From Gammaproteobacteria bacterium (lineage in GTDB: Bacteria > Pseudomonadota > Gammaproteobacteria > GCA-001735895): a DNA stretch of 48,661 nt. The notes under the pieces were generated by a model, which saw nothing but the letters and a program-made list of their open reading frames with translations, was not told the DNA's origin and searched no databases. Location of the stretch: NCBI GenBank assembly GCA_050298595.1, contig JBNKUM010000019.1, forward strand, positions 1 to 48,661, in the 5' to 3' direction. This document shows, piece by piece, positions 17,456 through 27,161 of the stretch (position 1 is its first letter; the number at the start of each line of letters is the position of its first letter). The translations under genes were made by a program, and so were the position numbers.

Positions 17456-18529
17456 ATGTCAGACGCTCCACGTCCACCTATTGAATCAGGCTGTCCTGAT
17501 GGTTTCCAATACATGCATCCCATGATGCGTAAACACTATGGCAACTGGGATTATCATGAAGATCCTCAGCCAGGTGTCCTGAAACACGTTGCCAAGAATG
17601 GTGATGCGCTATACACCGTTCGTGCAGGTACTCAACGTATTCTTGATGTATACACATTGCGCCTGTTATGCGATATCGGCGATGAATTCGCTGACGGTCA
17701 TGTTCACTTTACTATTCGTAGTAACATGGAATTTATGGTTAGCGATGAATCTCGTGTGCAACCTCTGATTGAAAAGCTTGAATCCCATGGCTTTGTTGTT
17801 GGCGGAACTCGTAACTCAGTTGCGATGATCTCTCATACTCAGGGCTGGTTACATTGTGATATCCCTGGTACTGACGCCTCTGGTGTTGTTAAGTCCATGA
17901 TGGATGAGCTGATCGGCGAATTCAAAAACTGGAACATGCCTAACCGCGTTCATTTGACTACTTCCTGCTGTCAGATTAACTGTGGTGGTCAGGGTGACAT
18001 CGCTATTAATGTTCAGCACACCAAGCCGCCCAAGATTAACCACGATCTGGTTGCCAACATCTGTGAACGTCCTTCTGTTGTGGCACGTTGCCCGGTTGCT
18101 GCGATTCGGCCTGCAATGGTTGATGGCAAGCCATCTCTGGAAGTTGATGAGAAGAAATGCATCTGCTGTGGTGCCTGTTTCCCTCCTTGTCCTCCAATGC
18201 AAATCAATGATGCAGAGCATTCAAAACTGGCTATCTGGGTTGGTGGTAATCACTCCAATGCTCGTAGCAAACCAACTTTCCAGAAGTTAGTGGCTGCTGG
18301 TATTCCAAACAACCCTCCTCGTTGGCCTGAAGCTACTGCAATCGTTAAAAAGATTCTGAAGGTTTACAAAGAAGACGCTAAGGATTGGGAGCGTATCAAT
18401 GACTGGATCGATCGTGTGGGCTGGCCTCGTTTCTTCGAACTGACTGAACTGCCGTTCACCAAGTTCCATATCGATAACTGGCGTGGTGCTCGCAATAGTC
18501 TTAATGCATCTGCTCATATCCGTTTCTAA
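17456..18529 (+). CDS. dsrB: Reverse dissimilatory sulfite reductase beta subunit
   Basis: HTQGWLHC, SCCQINCG, CICCGACFPPC, NNPPRWPE, RVGWPRFF. Confidence 0.98.
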   Translation: MSDAPRPPIESGCPDGFQYMHPMMRKHYGNWDYHEDPQPGVLKHVAKNGDALYTVRAGTQRILDVYTLRLLCDIGDEFADGHVHFTIRSNMEFMVSDESRVQPLIEKLESHGFVVGGTRNSVAMISHTQGWLHCDIPGTDASGVVKSMMDELIGEFKNWNMPNRVHLTTSCCQINCGGQGDIAINVQHTKPPKINHDLVANICERPSVVARCPVAAIRPAMVDGKPSLEVDEKKCICCGACFPPCPPMQINDAEHSKLAIWVGGNHSNARSKPTFQKLVAAGIPNNPPRWPEATAIVKKILKVYKEDAKDWERINDWIDRVGWPRFFELTELPFTKFHIDNWRGARNSLNASAHIRF

Positions 18530-18546
18530 GGGACTGAGGAATATAG

Positions 18547-18939
18547 ATGAAATTTGCTATTCAAATTAACGAAGGGCCTTTTACCCATCAGGCTGCAGAT
18601 ACTGCTTATCAGTTTACCAAGGCAGCACTGGAGAATGGTCATGAAATCTTCCGTGTGTTCTTTTACCACGATGGCGTAAATAACGGCACCATGTACGGTG
18701 TACCACCTGTTGATGATCGCAATGTTTCGGCCATCTGGTCGGAACTTGCTGAGAAATATGACCTTGATCTCGTGGTCTGTGTGGCGGCGGCTCAACGTCG
18801 CGGCATCATGGATGAAGATGAAGCCAAGCGTCACGGCAAAGGTGCATCCAATATCGCCCCTGGATTTCGTATTTCAGGATTGGGTCAGTTGATCGAAGCC
18901 GGTATTCAGGCTGATCGTCTTCTGGTATTTGGTGATTAG
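18547..18939 (+). CDS. dsrE: Sulfurtransferase DsrE (TusD family)
   Basis: VFFYHDGV, active-site VVCVAAAQRRG, SGLGQL. Confidence 0.97.
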   Translation: MKFAIQINEGPFTHQAADTAYQFTKAALENGHEIFRVFFYHDGVNNGTMYGVPPVDDRNVSAIWSELAEKYDLDLVVCVAAAQRRGIMDEDEAKRHGKGASNIAPGFRISGLGQLIEAGIQADRLLVFGD

Positions 18940-18948
18940 GAGTTAGTT

Positions 18949-19356
18949 ATGTCAGAAACAAAAAAATTCGTATATGTAAACAGAAAAGCTCCTTACGGTA
19001 CCGTTTACGCTTTGGAATCACTGGAAGTTGTTCTGATCGGTGCAGCTTTTGAACAGGAAGTTCAGTTGTTATTCATTGATGATGGTGTTTATCAGTTAAC
19101 CAAGGGCCAGTCTACGGAAGGTGTTGGAATGAAGAACTTTTCCAAGACTTACGCAGCACTGGGTGACTATGATGTTAATCAGATTTATGTCGATGAGCAG
19201 TCACTGAAAGATCGTGGCCTGACCATGGATGATCTTCAGGCATTAACCTATGAAGATGAAGACGACGATTATGCAGAGAAAAGTTCTATGCATCTGGTTA
19301 ACCGAGAACAGTTAGCTGATTTAATCAGCAATGCTGACGTGTTGTTAAATTTCTAA
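18949..19356 (+). CDS. dsrF: DsrF (TusC family)
   Basis: RKAPYGTVYALESLE, FIDDGVYQL. Confidence 0.97.
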   Translation: MSETKKFVYVNRKAPYGTVYALESLEVVLIGAAFEQEVQLLFIDDGVYQLTKGQSTEGVGMKNFSKTYAALGDYDVNQIYVDEQSLKDRGLTMDDLQALTYEDEDDDYAEKSSMHLVNREQLADLISNADVLLNF

Positions 19357-19367
19357 GGAGAACTGAT

Positions 19368-19679
19368 ATGTCAACATTACACACTGTAAACAAGTCGCCT
19401 TTTGAAAGAAATTCACTCGACACCTGTTTGTCTCTGGTCAGCAATGATTCAACTGTATTGCTAATTGAAGATGGTGTTTCTGGTGCATTACAAAATACGA
19501 CAGCCAGCTCAAGCATTTCGGATGCGATGAGTAAAGGAGTAAAATTCGCCGTTCTGGGTGAAGATCTGGGTGCTCGTGGTCTATCAACAGACCGAGTTTT
19601 AGATGGTATATCTGTAGTTGATTATGCCGGATTTGTTCAGCTAGCAGCTGATCACGACAACGTTCAAAGCTGGTTGTAA
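19368..19679 (+). CDS. dsrH: DsrH (TusB family)
   Basis: LHTVNKSPF, LLIEDGV, DLGARGL, VDYAGFV. Confidence 0.97.
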   Translation: MSTLHTVNKSPFERNSLDTCLSLVSNDSTVLLIEDGVSGALQNTTASSSISDAMSKGVKFAVLGEDLGARGLSTDRVLDGISVVDYAGFVQLAADHDNVQSWL

Positions 19680-19727
19680 ACGTTTAATTTTTTAAGCTTT
19701 ATTTAAAGCAAATTTTGGAGAAATATC

Positions 19728-20060
19728 ATGCCTTTAGAAGTGAATGGTAAGAGTTACGAAACTGATGAAGAAGGTTACCTGGCTAACCTGAATGAGTGGA
19801 ACGAAGAAGTTGCTGCAGCATTAGCTGCTGCTGATGATGCAGAACTGACTTCAAGCCATTGGGAAGTCATTAACTTCCTGCGTGAATACTACGAAGAGTA
19901 TCAAATTGCTCCTGCAGTACGCGTTTTAACCAAAGCCATTGGTAAAAAACTGGGTAAAGACAAAGGAAACAGCAAGTACCTGTACGAACTGTTCCCTTAC
20001 GGCCCAGCAAAGCAAGCCTGTAAATACGCTGGCTTGCCTAAGCCTACTGGTTGCGTGTAA
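19728..20060 (+). CDS. dsrC: DsrC sulfur carrier with both C-terminal cysteines
   Basis: LFPYGPAKQACKYAGLPKPTGCV. Confidence 0.98.
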   Translation: MPLEVNGKSYETDEEGYLANLNEWNEEVAAALAAADDAELTSSHWEVINFLREYYEEYQIAPAVRVLTKAIGKKLGKDKGNSKYLYELFPYGPAKQACKYAGLPKPTGCV

Positions 20061-20068
20061 CGCATACC

Positions 20069-20208
20069 TGACACTATTGCTGCCAGTTCACTCAGGTGTT
20101 CTGGCAGAGTGTCACCAAGCAACTTATCTGTTGTTTGAGGAAGTACAGAATGTCTCGGTGTCATTCTTAAAAACAATAATTTTGAATATCAAAATTCTTT
20201 ACTTCCTG
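20069..20208 (+). other. Structured dsrC-dsrM intergenic region (stem-loops without U-tract)
   Basis: tgacact/ctgccag...ctggcag/agtgtca (20069-20114), then aggaagtacagaat...attctttacttcct (13/14 complementary). Confidence 0.6.
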
Positions 20209-20234
20209 AACCAACAAGCCTTCTGAGAGATTGA

Positions 20235-20972
20235 TTGTCGATGAGTACATTTTTTGCACTTTTATTCTGGTTTGCCTTAGCTGTGATAATTCTCGGCCTG
20301 GCCTTCAAAATCAGGCAATACTGGATCACCCCAGCCCCCCTGAAGATACCTACAACACCAGCACCGACTACTCAAACCGGTGTTGTGTTACGTATGGCCA
20401 GAGAAGTCGTTATCTTTGAAAGTCTTTTCAAATCCAATAAATGGATCTGGATTTTTGGCTGGATATTCCACATGTCGCTGTTTCTGGTACTGGCACGACA
20501 TCTACGTTATTTTCAGGAACAGCCCTGGTTTCTTGTCAATATTATTCAGCCTTTCGGTAAATATGCAGCCTTCGGCATGGTGATTGGACTTGCTGGACTA
20601 TTACTACGTCGCATTGTTGTAGATCGCGTTCGTTACATCTCTGCACCTTCAGACTACCTGATGCTGATCATGCTGATGTTTATTGGTATCAGCGGCTTAG
20701 TGATGCAGTTTGTAGTTCACCCAGACATTATCGCAATTAAAGAATTTTTCCTCGCCTGGATGGGACTATCGATAGCTGAATTGCCGATCAGCACACCTTT
20801 GGTTATTCATTTATCTTTTGTAGCCCTGCTGATGATCGTATTCCCTTTTAGCAAATTACTACACGCCCCTGGCGTATTCTTCAGCCCTACCAGGAATCAG
20901 GTAGATAATCCACGTGAAAAGAGGCATATCTCAAAGTGGGCGGCAGAACTAGAAACTCAGAATAAGGGCTAG
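20235..20972 (+). CDS. dsrm: DsrM, NarI-like b-type cytochrome
   Basis: GWIFH...RHLRYF, RYISAPSD, FPFSKLLHAPG; start TTG 20235 or ATG 20241. Confidence 0.96.
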   Translation: MSMSTFFALLFWFALAVIILGLAFKIRQYWITPAPLKIPTTPAPTTQTGVVLRMAREVVIFESLFKSNKWIWIFGWIFHMSLFLVLARHLRYFQEQPWFLVNIIQPFGKYAAFGMVIGLAGLLLRRIVVDRVRYISAPSDYLMLIMLMFIGISGLVMQFVVHPDIIAIKEFFLAWMGLSIAELPISTPLVIHLSFVALLMIVFPFSKLLHAPGVFFSPTRNQVDNPREKRHISKWAAELETQNKG

Positions 20973-20982
20973 GAGAAAATAC

Positions 20983-22551
20983 GTGGCTGATTTTGATACC
21001 CCTGAATTATTTAAGAATATCCATGTGCCGAAGATCCAACCCGGTGCCATGCAATCGGATGGGCCTTTTGTTGCAAAACCTGATCATCAGAAAGCGCTCG
21101 GATTTCCAGAAGAACTGGTTGATAACTGGGAGCAAAAGGCTGTCGAGGCCATGGGTGAAACGCTTAAAAAATACCGTGGCTTACGTGTATTTATGGATTC
21201 ATGCGTCAAATGTGGTGCCTGTACAGATAAGTGCCATTACTATCTGGGGACCAGCGACCCTAAAAATATGCCAGTTGGACGACAGGATCTATTCCGCGCT
21301 GTTTATCGAAAGTACTACACCCCTGCAGGCAAGCTCCTGAGCAAGGTCGGCCTGGAAGGTTTGATCGGCGCAAAATCGATGACCAAGGAGGTTCTCGATG
21401 ACTGGTATAATTATTATCATCAGTGTTCAGAATGTCGACGCTGCTCGGTCTACTGCCCCTATGGTATCGATACTGCCGAAATCACCATGGCTGCACGAGA
21501 TATCATGGCTCAGGTCGGTAAGGGCCAGAAATACAACAACGAGATTATCGGCAAGGTTTTCTCCGTAGGCAATAACCTGGGGTTACCTGGGCCTGCTCTA
21601 GCCGATACCCTGGAAGGTCTGGAAGAAGATATCGAAGATGAAACCGGAGTAAAGGTTGAACTACCTCTTGATCGTAAAGGTTGTGACATCCTGCTGGTTA
21701 CACCTTCTGCAGATTTCTTTGCTGAACCCCATGTGGATGGCTTGATGGGCTACGCCAAGGTTTTTCATGAAGCCGGCGTTAGCTGGACTATCAGTTCTAA
21801 AGCTTCAGAGGCAGCGAACTTCGGCCTGTTCATTGGCAGCTACGAAAACATGCGTAAAATTTCATTGCGCATTCGTGAAGCAGCCCTTGAACTGGGTGTA
21901 AAGCGCATCATATTCGGCGAGTGTGGACATGCCTGGCGTGTAGCTTATAGCTTCTTAAATACATTGGCTGGTCCTTTTGATTTTCTTGACCAGAATTATC
22001 CCATTCCACAGCATATCTGCGAATTTACCCACGATTTAATACAGAAAGACAAGCTCAAGTTTGATCCTTCTGAAAATGACTGGATGACTGTGACGTTCCA
22101 TGACTCCTGCAATGTAGCTCGAGGGTCTCGGATGGGTGATAAACCCGGTGGGCAGCTCACTATTCCCCGTGAAATTATTAAAACTGTCTGTAACAACTAT
22201 GTCGATATGGCCCCTGAAACCATCGGTGAAGGTACTTACTGCTGTGGTGGCGGTGGCGGTTTGCTAACCGATGACCTGATGCCTGTTCGTGTTAAAGGTG
22301 CTATGCCTAGAATGACCGCTCTCAATAACGTCATTGAAGAAGAAGGTGTTACCCATCTGGCGGCTATTTGTGCCATCTGTAAAACTCAGTTCAGCAAGGT
22401 ATTACCCTACTACAACATGGGTATGGATATGGTCGTCTGCGTACATCAACTGGTTTCCAACGCCATTATCCTGACCGGTCAGAATGATGACGAAGATGAA
22501 GACGATGAATCTGAGGCAACTGCTGAATCGGCTGAAGCAGCAAACGAATAA
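20983..22551 (+). CDS. dsrK: DsrK, HdrD-like Fe-S protein
   Basis: CVKCGACTDKC, CSECRRCSVYCP, GECGH, FHDSCN, CCGGGGG, CAIC. Confidence 0.97.
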   Translation: MADFDTPELFKNIHVPKIQPGAMQSDGPFVAKPDHQKALGFPEELVDNWEQKAVEAMGETLKKYRGLRVFMDSCVKCGACTDKCHYYLGTSDPKNMPVGRQDLFRAVYRKYYTPAGKLLSKVGLEGLIGAKSMTKEVLDDWYNYYHQCSECRRCSVYCPYGIDTAEITMAARDIMAQVGKGQKYNNEIIGKVFSVGNNLGLPGPALADTLEGLEEDIEDETGVKVELPLDRKGCDILLVTPSADFFAEPHVDGLMGYAKVFHEAGVSWTISSKASEAANFGLFIGSYENMRKISLRIREAALELGVKRIIFGECGHAWRVAYSFLNTLAGPFDFLDQNYPIPQHICEFTHDLIQKDKLKFDPSENDWMTVTFHDSCNVARGSRMGDKPGGQLTIPREIIKTVCNNYVDMAPETIGEGTYCCGGGGGLLTDDLMPVRVKGAMPRMTALNNVIEEEGVTHLAAICAICKTQFSKVLPYYNMGMDMVVCVHQLVSNAIILTGQNDDEDEDDESEATAESAEAANE

Positions 22552-22610
22552 ACTGAATAAATTTTTGAATTTAACTTCCCAGTGAAAACTGTTGGTCACA
22601 GGAGCTAAAA

Positions 22611-24566
22611 ATGGCTACAACAACAAAAGAAATGAATACTAAACTCACATTTCGTAAGTTCGAAGACGGTGTCAGTAAGTACCGTAATTTAGGCGACAAT
22701 ATCTTTAATCAGGATAAGTCCCATAAATGTCCAACCTATGTACATCGTACCCCCCCTTGCCAGGGTAGTTGCCCTTCTGGTGAAGATATCCGTGGCTGGC
22801 TGGACATTGTTCGCGGTATTGAGACACCACCCGAAGGCGTGAGCATGCAAGAGTATGCTTTCCGTCGTTCTACAGATGCAAACCCCTTCCCGTCTATGAT
22901 GGGTCGTGTTTGTCCAGCTCCGTGTCAGGATGGATGTAACCGTAACCAGGTTGAAGACTTCGTCGGCATTAACTCCGTTGAACAATATATCGGTGATACA
23001 GCCAAGAAAGAAGGTTTTGCATTTGATAACAGCGCTCCTTTAAGTGGTAAAAAGGTTGCTATCGTAGGCGGTGGCCCTGCTGGTCTGGCAGCTGCATACC
23101 AACTACGTCGTCTCGGTCACGAATCGGTTATCTTCGATGATCATGATGAATTAGGCGGCATGTTTAAATATGGTATTCCTGGCTATCGTACCCCACGTGA
23201 ATTTCTGAATCATGAAATTCAACGTATTGTAGATATGGGTGGCATTGAAGTTAAACTTTCAACCCGTATCGGAGAAGACATCAAAATCGCCGACCTGGAA
23301 AAAGATTATGATGCCATCATCTGGGCTATCGGCTGTAAATCAGGTCGTGGCCTTCCTGTACCTAATGCTGATGCCCCTAACTGTGTCAGTGGTGTTGCCT
23401 TCCTTGAAGCCTTTAATAAAGGCAGCATGCATGTTACGGCAAATAAGGTAGTCTGTGTAGGTGGTGGTGATACCTCTATTGACGTAGTTTCAGTAGCGCG
23501 TCGTCTGGGTAAGATTGATTCTCTGCCCGAAAATGAATTACCTGAACATGTTATAGGTGGCTATGTCGCACATGACGCTGCATATGCCGCTTCTCGCGAT
23601 GGCGCCGAAGTAACCCTGACTTCATTATTTCCACGTGCGGAGATGACAGCTTCAGAACACGAAGTTGAAGATGCGCTGCGCGAAGGTGTTGCAATCCATG
23701 ATGGCGTAATGCCACTAGAAGTTGTGGTAGATGATTCTGGCCGTGCTATTGCACTGAAAATGGCCAAGTGTGAAATGGTAGATGGACGTCCCGTCGCCGT
23801 TGAGGGCACTGAATATGAAATCGAATGTGACCTCATCGTTTCTGCTATTGGGCAGTCAGGCGATATGACAGGTATTGAAGAACTGGACAATGGACGCGGT
23901 CTGATTGATTCAGATAGTTTCTACCGTGTACCTGGCAAAGAAGGTCACTTCGTTGCTGGTGATATTATTCGCCCTCACTTGTTGACTACCGCTATCGGTC
24001 AGGCTTCAGTGTGTGCTGAAACAGTTAATGCTTATCTTTCAGCCTCTGAGATGAAAAAACGTCCCAAGGTTGATGTCCATCACTTCGATCTATTGAATAA
24101 GCTACAGGAAGCAGGTTTAGAACCTGAACAGTATGTGCATGTGAATGATGATCGTGGTACCAACAATGCAAACTATGCGATCCACAACTATGAGGACCGC
24201 TCTTCTCAGGAAATCATATCCTCCGACCATCTTTTTCTAGGGCACTTTGGTTACAGCCCACGCCACATACGCGATCAGGTCGTGCCCAATGCCTCAGATG
24301 TACTTGGGCACTTTGAAGATCGTCTGGTTCCTCTTACCGAAGAACAGGCGATTGCCGAAGCTGGTCGCTGTATGAGCTGCGGTATGTGTTTTGAGTGTGA
24401 TAACTGCGTTATCTACTGCCCCCAGGATGCGGTATTCCGTGTTAAGAAAGACCAGAAAACAACCGGACGTTATGTCGATACTGACTATTCAAGATGTATC
24501 GGTTGTCATATCTGCGCCGATGTCTGCCCAACGGGTTACATCGATATGGCTATGGGCGATCATTAA
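22611..24566 (+). CDS. dsrL: DsrL iron-sulfur flavoprotein (DsrL-1-like)
   Basis: HKCPTYV..TPPCQGSCP, GGGPAG, GGGDTSID, LTSLF in place of YRR, C-terminal CMSCGMCFECDNC and CIGCHICADVCP. Confidence 0.97.
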   Translation: MATTTKEMNTKLTFRKFEDGVSKYRNLGDNIFNQDKSHKCPTYVHRTPPCQGSCPSGEDIRGWLDIVRGIETPPEGVSMQEYAFRRSTDANPFPSMMGRVCPAPCQDGCNRNQVEDFVGINSVEQYIGDTAKKEGFAFDNSAPLSGKKVAIVGGGPAGLAAAYQLRRLGHESVIFDDHDELGGMFKYGIPGYRTPREFLNHEIQRIVDMGGIEVKLSTRIGEDIKIADLEKDYDAIIWAIGCKSGRGLPVPNADAPNCVSGVAFLEAFNKGSMHVTANKVVCVGGGDTSIDVVSVARRLGKIDSLPENELPEHVIGGYVAHDAAYAASRDGAEVTLTSLFPRAEMTASEHEVEDALREGVAIHDGVMPLEVVVDDSGRAIALKMAKCEMVDGRPVAVEGTEYEIECDLIVSAIGQSGDMTGIEELDNGRGLIDSDSFYRVPGKEGHFVAGDIIRPHLLTTAIGQASVCAETVNAYLSASEMKKRPKVDVHHFDLLNKLQEAGLEPEQYVHVNDDRGTNNANYAIHNYEDRSSQEIISSDHLFLGHFGYSPRHIRDQVVPNASDVLGHFEDRLVPLTEEQAIAEAGRCMSCGMCFECDNCVIYCPQDAVFRVKKDQKTTGRYVDTDYSRCIGCHICADVCPTGYIDMAMGDH

Positions 24567-24585
24567 TCAATTATCGGAATTATCT

Positions 24586-25089
24586 GTGAATATTAATCGA
24601 CTCTCAAAACAGTTACTGAGCACGGCCCTGTTGCTGTGGTCGGTAACCGGCTTTGCCAGTGGCAACTACAGTGGGCCTGATCGTGATGACAATGGCAATA
24701 TCGTACCCACTCCTAAAGGTGAGGCCTGCGTTGAACCTACAGCTGATATGCGTGCAAATCACATGAAATATCTGCTGCATAAACGCGATAAAACCATGCA
24801 CCAGGGCATAAGAACCTCTAAGCATAGTCTGGTGGAGTGCATCAACTGTCACGCAACCCCTGATAAGGATGGAAAGATCGCTCGTGTCACCGATGAAAAG
24901 CACTTCTGTGCCAGTTGCCATCAGGCCGCCAGCGTTAAACTTGACTGTTTTGAATGTCATGCAGATCGACCGGTATCTGCATTTAGCCAGAATCAACATT
25001 CCAGCATAAATCCAGTTGGAATAAATCTCGATAGTACTCTCAGTGATTCGTTAAAACCTCAAGCAGCTATAAGCGGGACGGTTGAATAA
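24586..25089 (+). CDS. dsrJ: DsrJ periplasmic triheme cytochrome c
   Basis: Three CxxCH (CINCH, CASCH, CFECH), CVEP..MRANHM; likely GTG start at 24586 gives a signal peptide. Confidence 0.93.
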   Translation: MNINRLSKQLLSTALLLWSVTGFASGNYSGPDRDDNGNIVPTPKGEACVEPTADMRANHMKYLLHKRDKTMHQGIRTSKHSLVECINCHATPDKDGKIARVTDEKHFCASCHQAASVKLDCFECHADRPVSAFSQNQHSSINPVGINLDSTLSDSLKPQAAISGTVE

Positions 25090-25091
25090 TC

Positions 25092-25856
25092 ATGGGACAG
25101 GAAAAATTGAATAACTCCTCTGAACAAAACGATAATAAGATTGACCAATATCGCCGTAGTTTTATCGGTGGAGCAGCTGTAGTTGCAGGCCTGACAATTG
25201 CTCCAGGCATTATTTTGCAAACCGCTCAGGCAAAACCTGTTGACCAGGCCGTTAGCAGTAAAAATCGCTGGGGACTGTTGATTGATACCACTAAATGCGC
25301 CGATGGCTGCTCCGACTGCGTAACTGCCTGTAATACTGAGCATGGACTACGTCCAATACACGGCGAAGCAACAGATTCGCAATGGATACGTAAAGTTACA
25401 CTAAAAAATAAATCTACTGGACACGTCATCAACATGCCGATGATGTGCCAGCACTGTGAAAACCCACCTTGCCAGGATGTCTGTCCTACCGGTGCATCTT
25501 TTAAGCGTGATGATGGTATTGTTCTGGTGGATAAGCATATCTGTATCGGTTGTCGATATTGCATGATGGCCTGCCCCTATAAAGCCAGAAACTTCATCCA
25601 CGAAACACTAACTGACCAGTTACCCACAGCACCACGGGGCAAAGGCACCGTTGAAGCCTGTACGCTTTGCGTTCACAAGGTAGACAAAGGAGATGGAACG
25701 ACGGCCTGCGCTGAGGCATGTACTCACAATGCAATCACATTCGGCGATTTGAATGACCCCAATAGCGATATTTCCAAGATGCTTGAAAAACATGGTGGTT
25801 ATCAATTACGTGCAGAACTCGGCCTGAATCCGGGCGTCCGTTATAAGGGTTTGTAA
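25092..25856 (+). CDS. dsrO: DsrO periplasmic Fe-S protein
   Basis: Tat motif RRSFI; CQHCENPPCQDVCP, CIGCRYCMMACP. Confidence 0.96.
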   Translation: MGQEKLNNSSEQNDNKIDQYRRSFIGGAAVVAGLTIAPGIILQTAQAKPVDQAVSSKNRWGLLIDTTKCADGCSDCVTACNTEHGLRPIHGEATDSQWIRKVTLKNKSTGHVINMPMMCQHCENPPCQDVCPTGASFKRDDGIVLVDKHICIGCRYCMMACPYKARNFIHETLTDQLPTAPRGKGTVEACTLCVHKVDKGDGTTACAEACTHNAITFGDLNDPNSDISKMLEKHGGYQLRAELGLNPGVRYKGL

Positions 25857-25860
25857 GCTT

Positions 25861-27066
25861 ATGAAAAATCTTCGTTATACTTCAATAGATGGTAATTCAA
25901 CCGGCTTTCTTGGGCTTCTTGGCGGCCTTGGGCTTTTGATTCTATTAGGTTTTATAGCCTTTGTGACCATGGAACACGAAGGTCACCATATCACTGGCAT
26001 GAATAATCAGATTGTCTGGGGGCTACCACATGTATTTGCCATATTCCTGATCGTTGCGGCTTCAGGTGCACTAAATGTTGCATCTATCGCATCAGTTTTC
26101 AACAAGAAGTTCTACAAGCCATTGTCACGCTTATCGGCAGTTCTGGCACTGGCTTTGTTAGCGGGTGGACTGGTTGTTTTATTGCTGGATTTAGGTCGTC
26201 CCGATCGATTAATTGTTGCAATCACCAGTTATAATTTTAAATCTATCTTTGCCTGGAACATCATCCTATATTCCGGTTTTTTCGGCATTGTTGGTATTTA
26301 TTTGTGGACCATGCTGGACTGGCAGGTTTATAAATACAGCCGCATAGCAGGTACTGCTGCCTTTATCTGGCGACTGATATTAACTACTGGTACTGGTTCA
26401 ATCTTTGGCTTTCTGGTTTCCCGTCAGGCTTATGATGCGGCCATTATGGCGCCGATGTTTGTTATTATGTCATTTTCTTTTGGACTGGCGATTTATCTGC
26501 TGGTATTGATGGCCTCATATAAATACACAGATCGAAAGCTGGGTGATGTGGTGGTTACTCGACTAAAGAATCTTCTGGGTGTCTTCATTGCTGCCACTCT
26601 GTATTTCACTCTGGCTTATCATCTCACCAATCTGTATGCCACAGAGCATCATGGTATCGAAAGATATATTCTGGTCGACGGCGGTATTTACACACAGATG
26701 TTCTGGATCGGTCAAATCCTGCTGGGATCCATCCTGCCTATGGCATTACTTTATTGCCCTAGACCGGCTAAAAAGCGTTTTATGACTGGCGTAGCTTCTG
26801 TGCTTGTAATCCTTGGAGGCATGGCTTCCTTATATGTCATCGTAATAGGCGGCCAAAGCTTTCCAATGACCCTGCTTCCCGGCTATGAAGCAAGTTCAAG
26901 CTTTTCGGATGGCATCGTTGGACAGTACAGTCCCAGTCACTGGGAACTCATGCTGGGCCTGGGGGGTGTTGCAGTATCTTTGCTGATCGTTACCATGGCG
27001 CTGAAAATTTTCCGTCTCCTGCCTGAGAGCCTGGAAGATTCTGTGGCTGATCCACATCATTCCTGA
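25861..27066 (+). CDS. dsrP: DsrP, NrfD/PsrC-family membrane protein
   Basis: VWGLPHVFAIFLI, DLGRPDRL; polytopic. Confidence 0.96.
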   Translation: MKNLRYTSIDGNSTGFLGLLGGLGLLILLGFIAFVTMEHEGHHITGMNNQIVWGLPHVFAIFLIVAASGALNVASIASVFNKKFYKPLSRLSAVLALALLAGGLVVLLLDLGRPDRLIVAITSYNFKSIFAWNIILYSGFFGIVGIYLWTMLDWQVYKYSRIAGTAAFIWRLILTTGTGSIFGFLVSRQAYDAAIMAPMFVIMSFSFGLAIYLLVLMASYKYTDRKLGDVVVTRLKNLLGVFIAATLYFTLAYHLTNLYATEHHGIERYILVDGGIYTQMFWIGQILLGSILPMALLYCPRPAKKRFMTGVASVLVILGGMASLYVIVIGGQSFPMTLLPGYEASSSFSDGIVGQYSPSHWELMLGLGGVAVSLLIVTMALKIFRLLPESLEDSVADPHHS

Positions 27067-27103
27067 TCAGGAATTTTTAACTTCGCGCTTTTGCAATTAC
27101 CCT

Positions 27104-27147
27104 ACGCCTGCCCAGAATGATTTAAGTTCTGGACAGGCGTTTTGTTT
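27104..27147 (+). terminator. Terminator-like hairpin between dsrP and dsrN
   Basis: acgcctgcccagaa...ttctggacaggcgt followed by tttgttt. Confidence 0.7.
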
Positions 27148-27161
27148 GTATAATCCAGGCC

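Noticed and set aside
24391-24585. Long N-terminal extension of DsrJ from the ORF track
   Set aside because: Overlaps the dsrL 3' end; GTG at 24586 yields a normal signal peptide.
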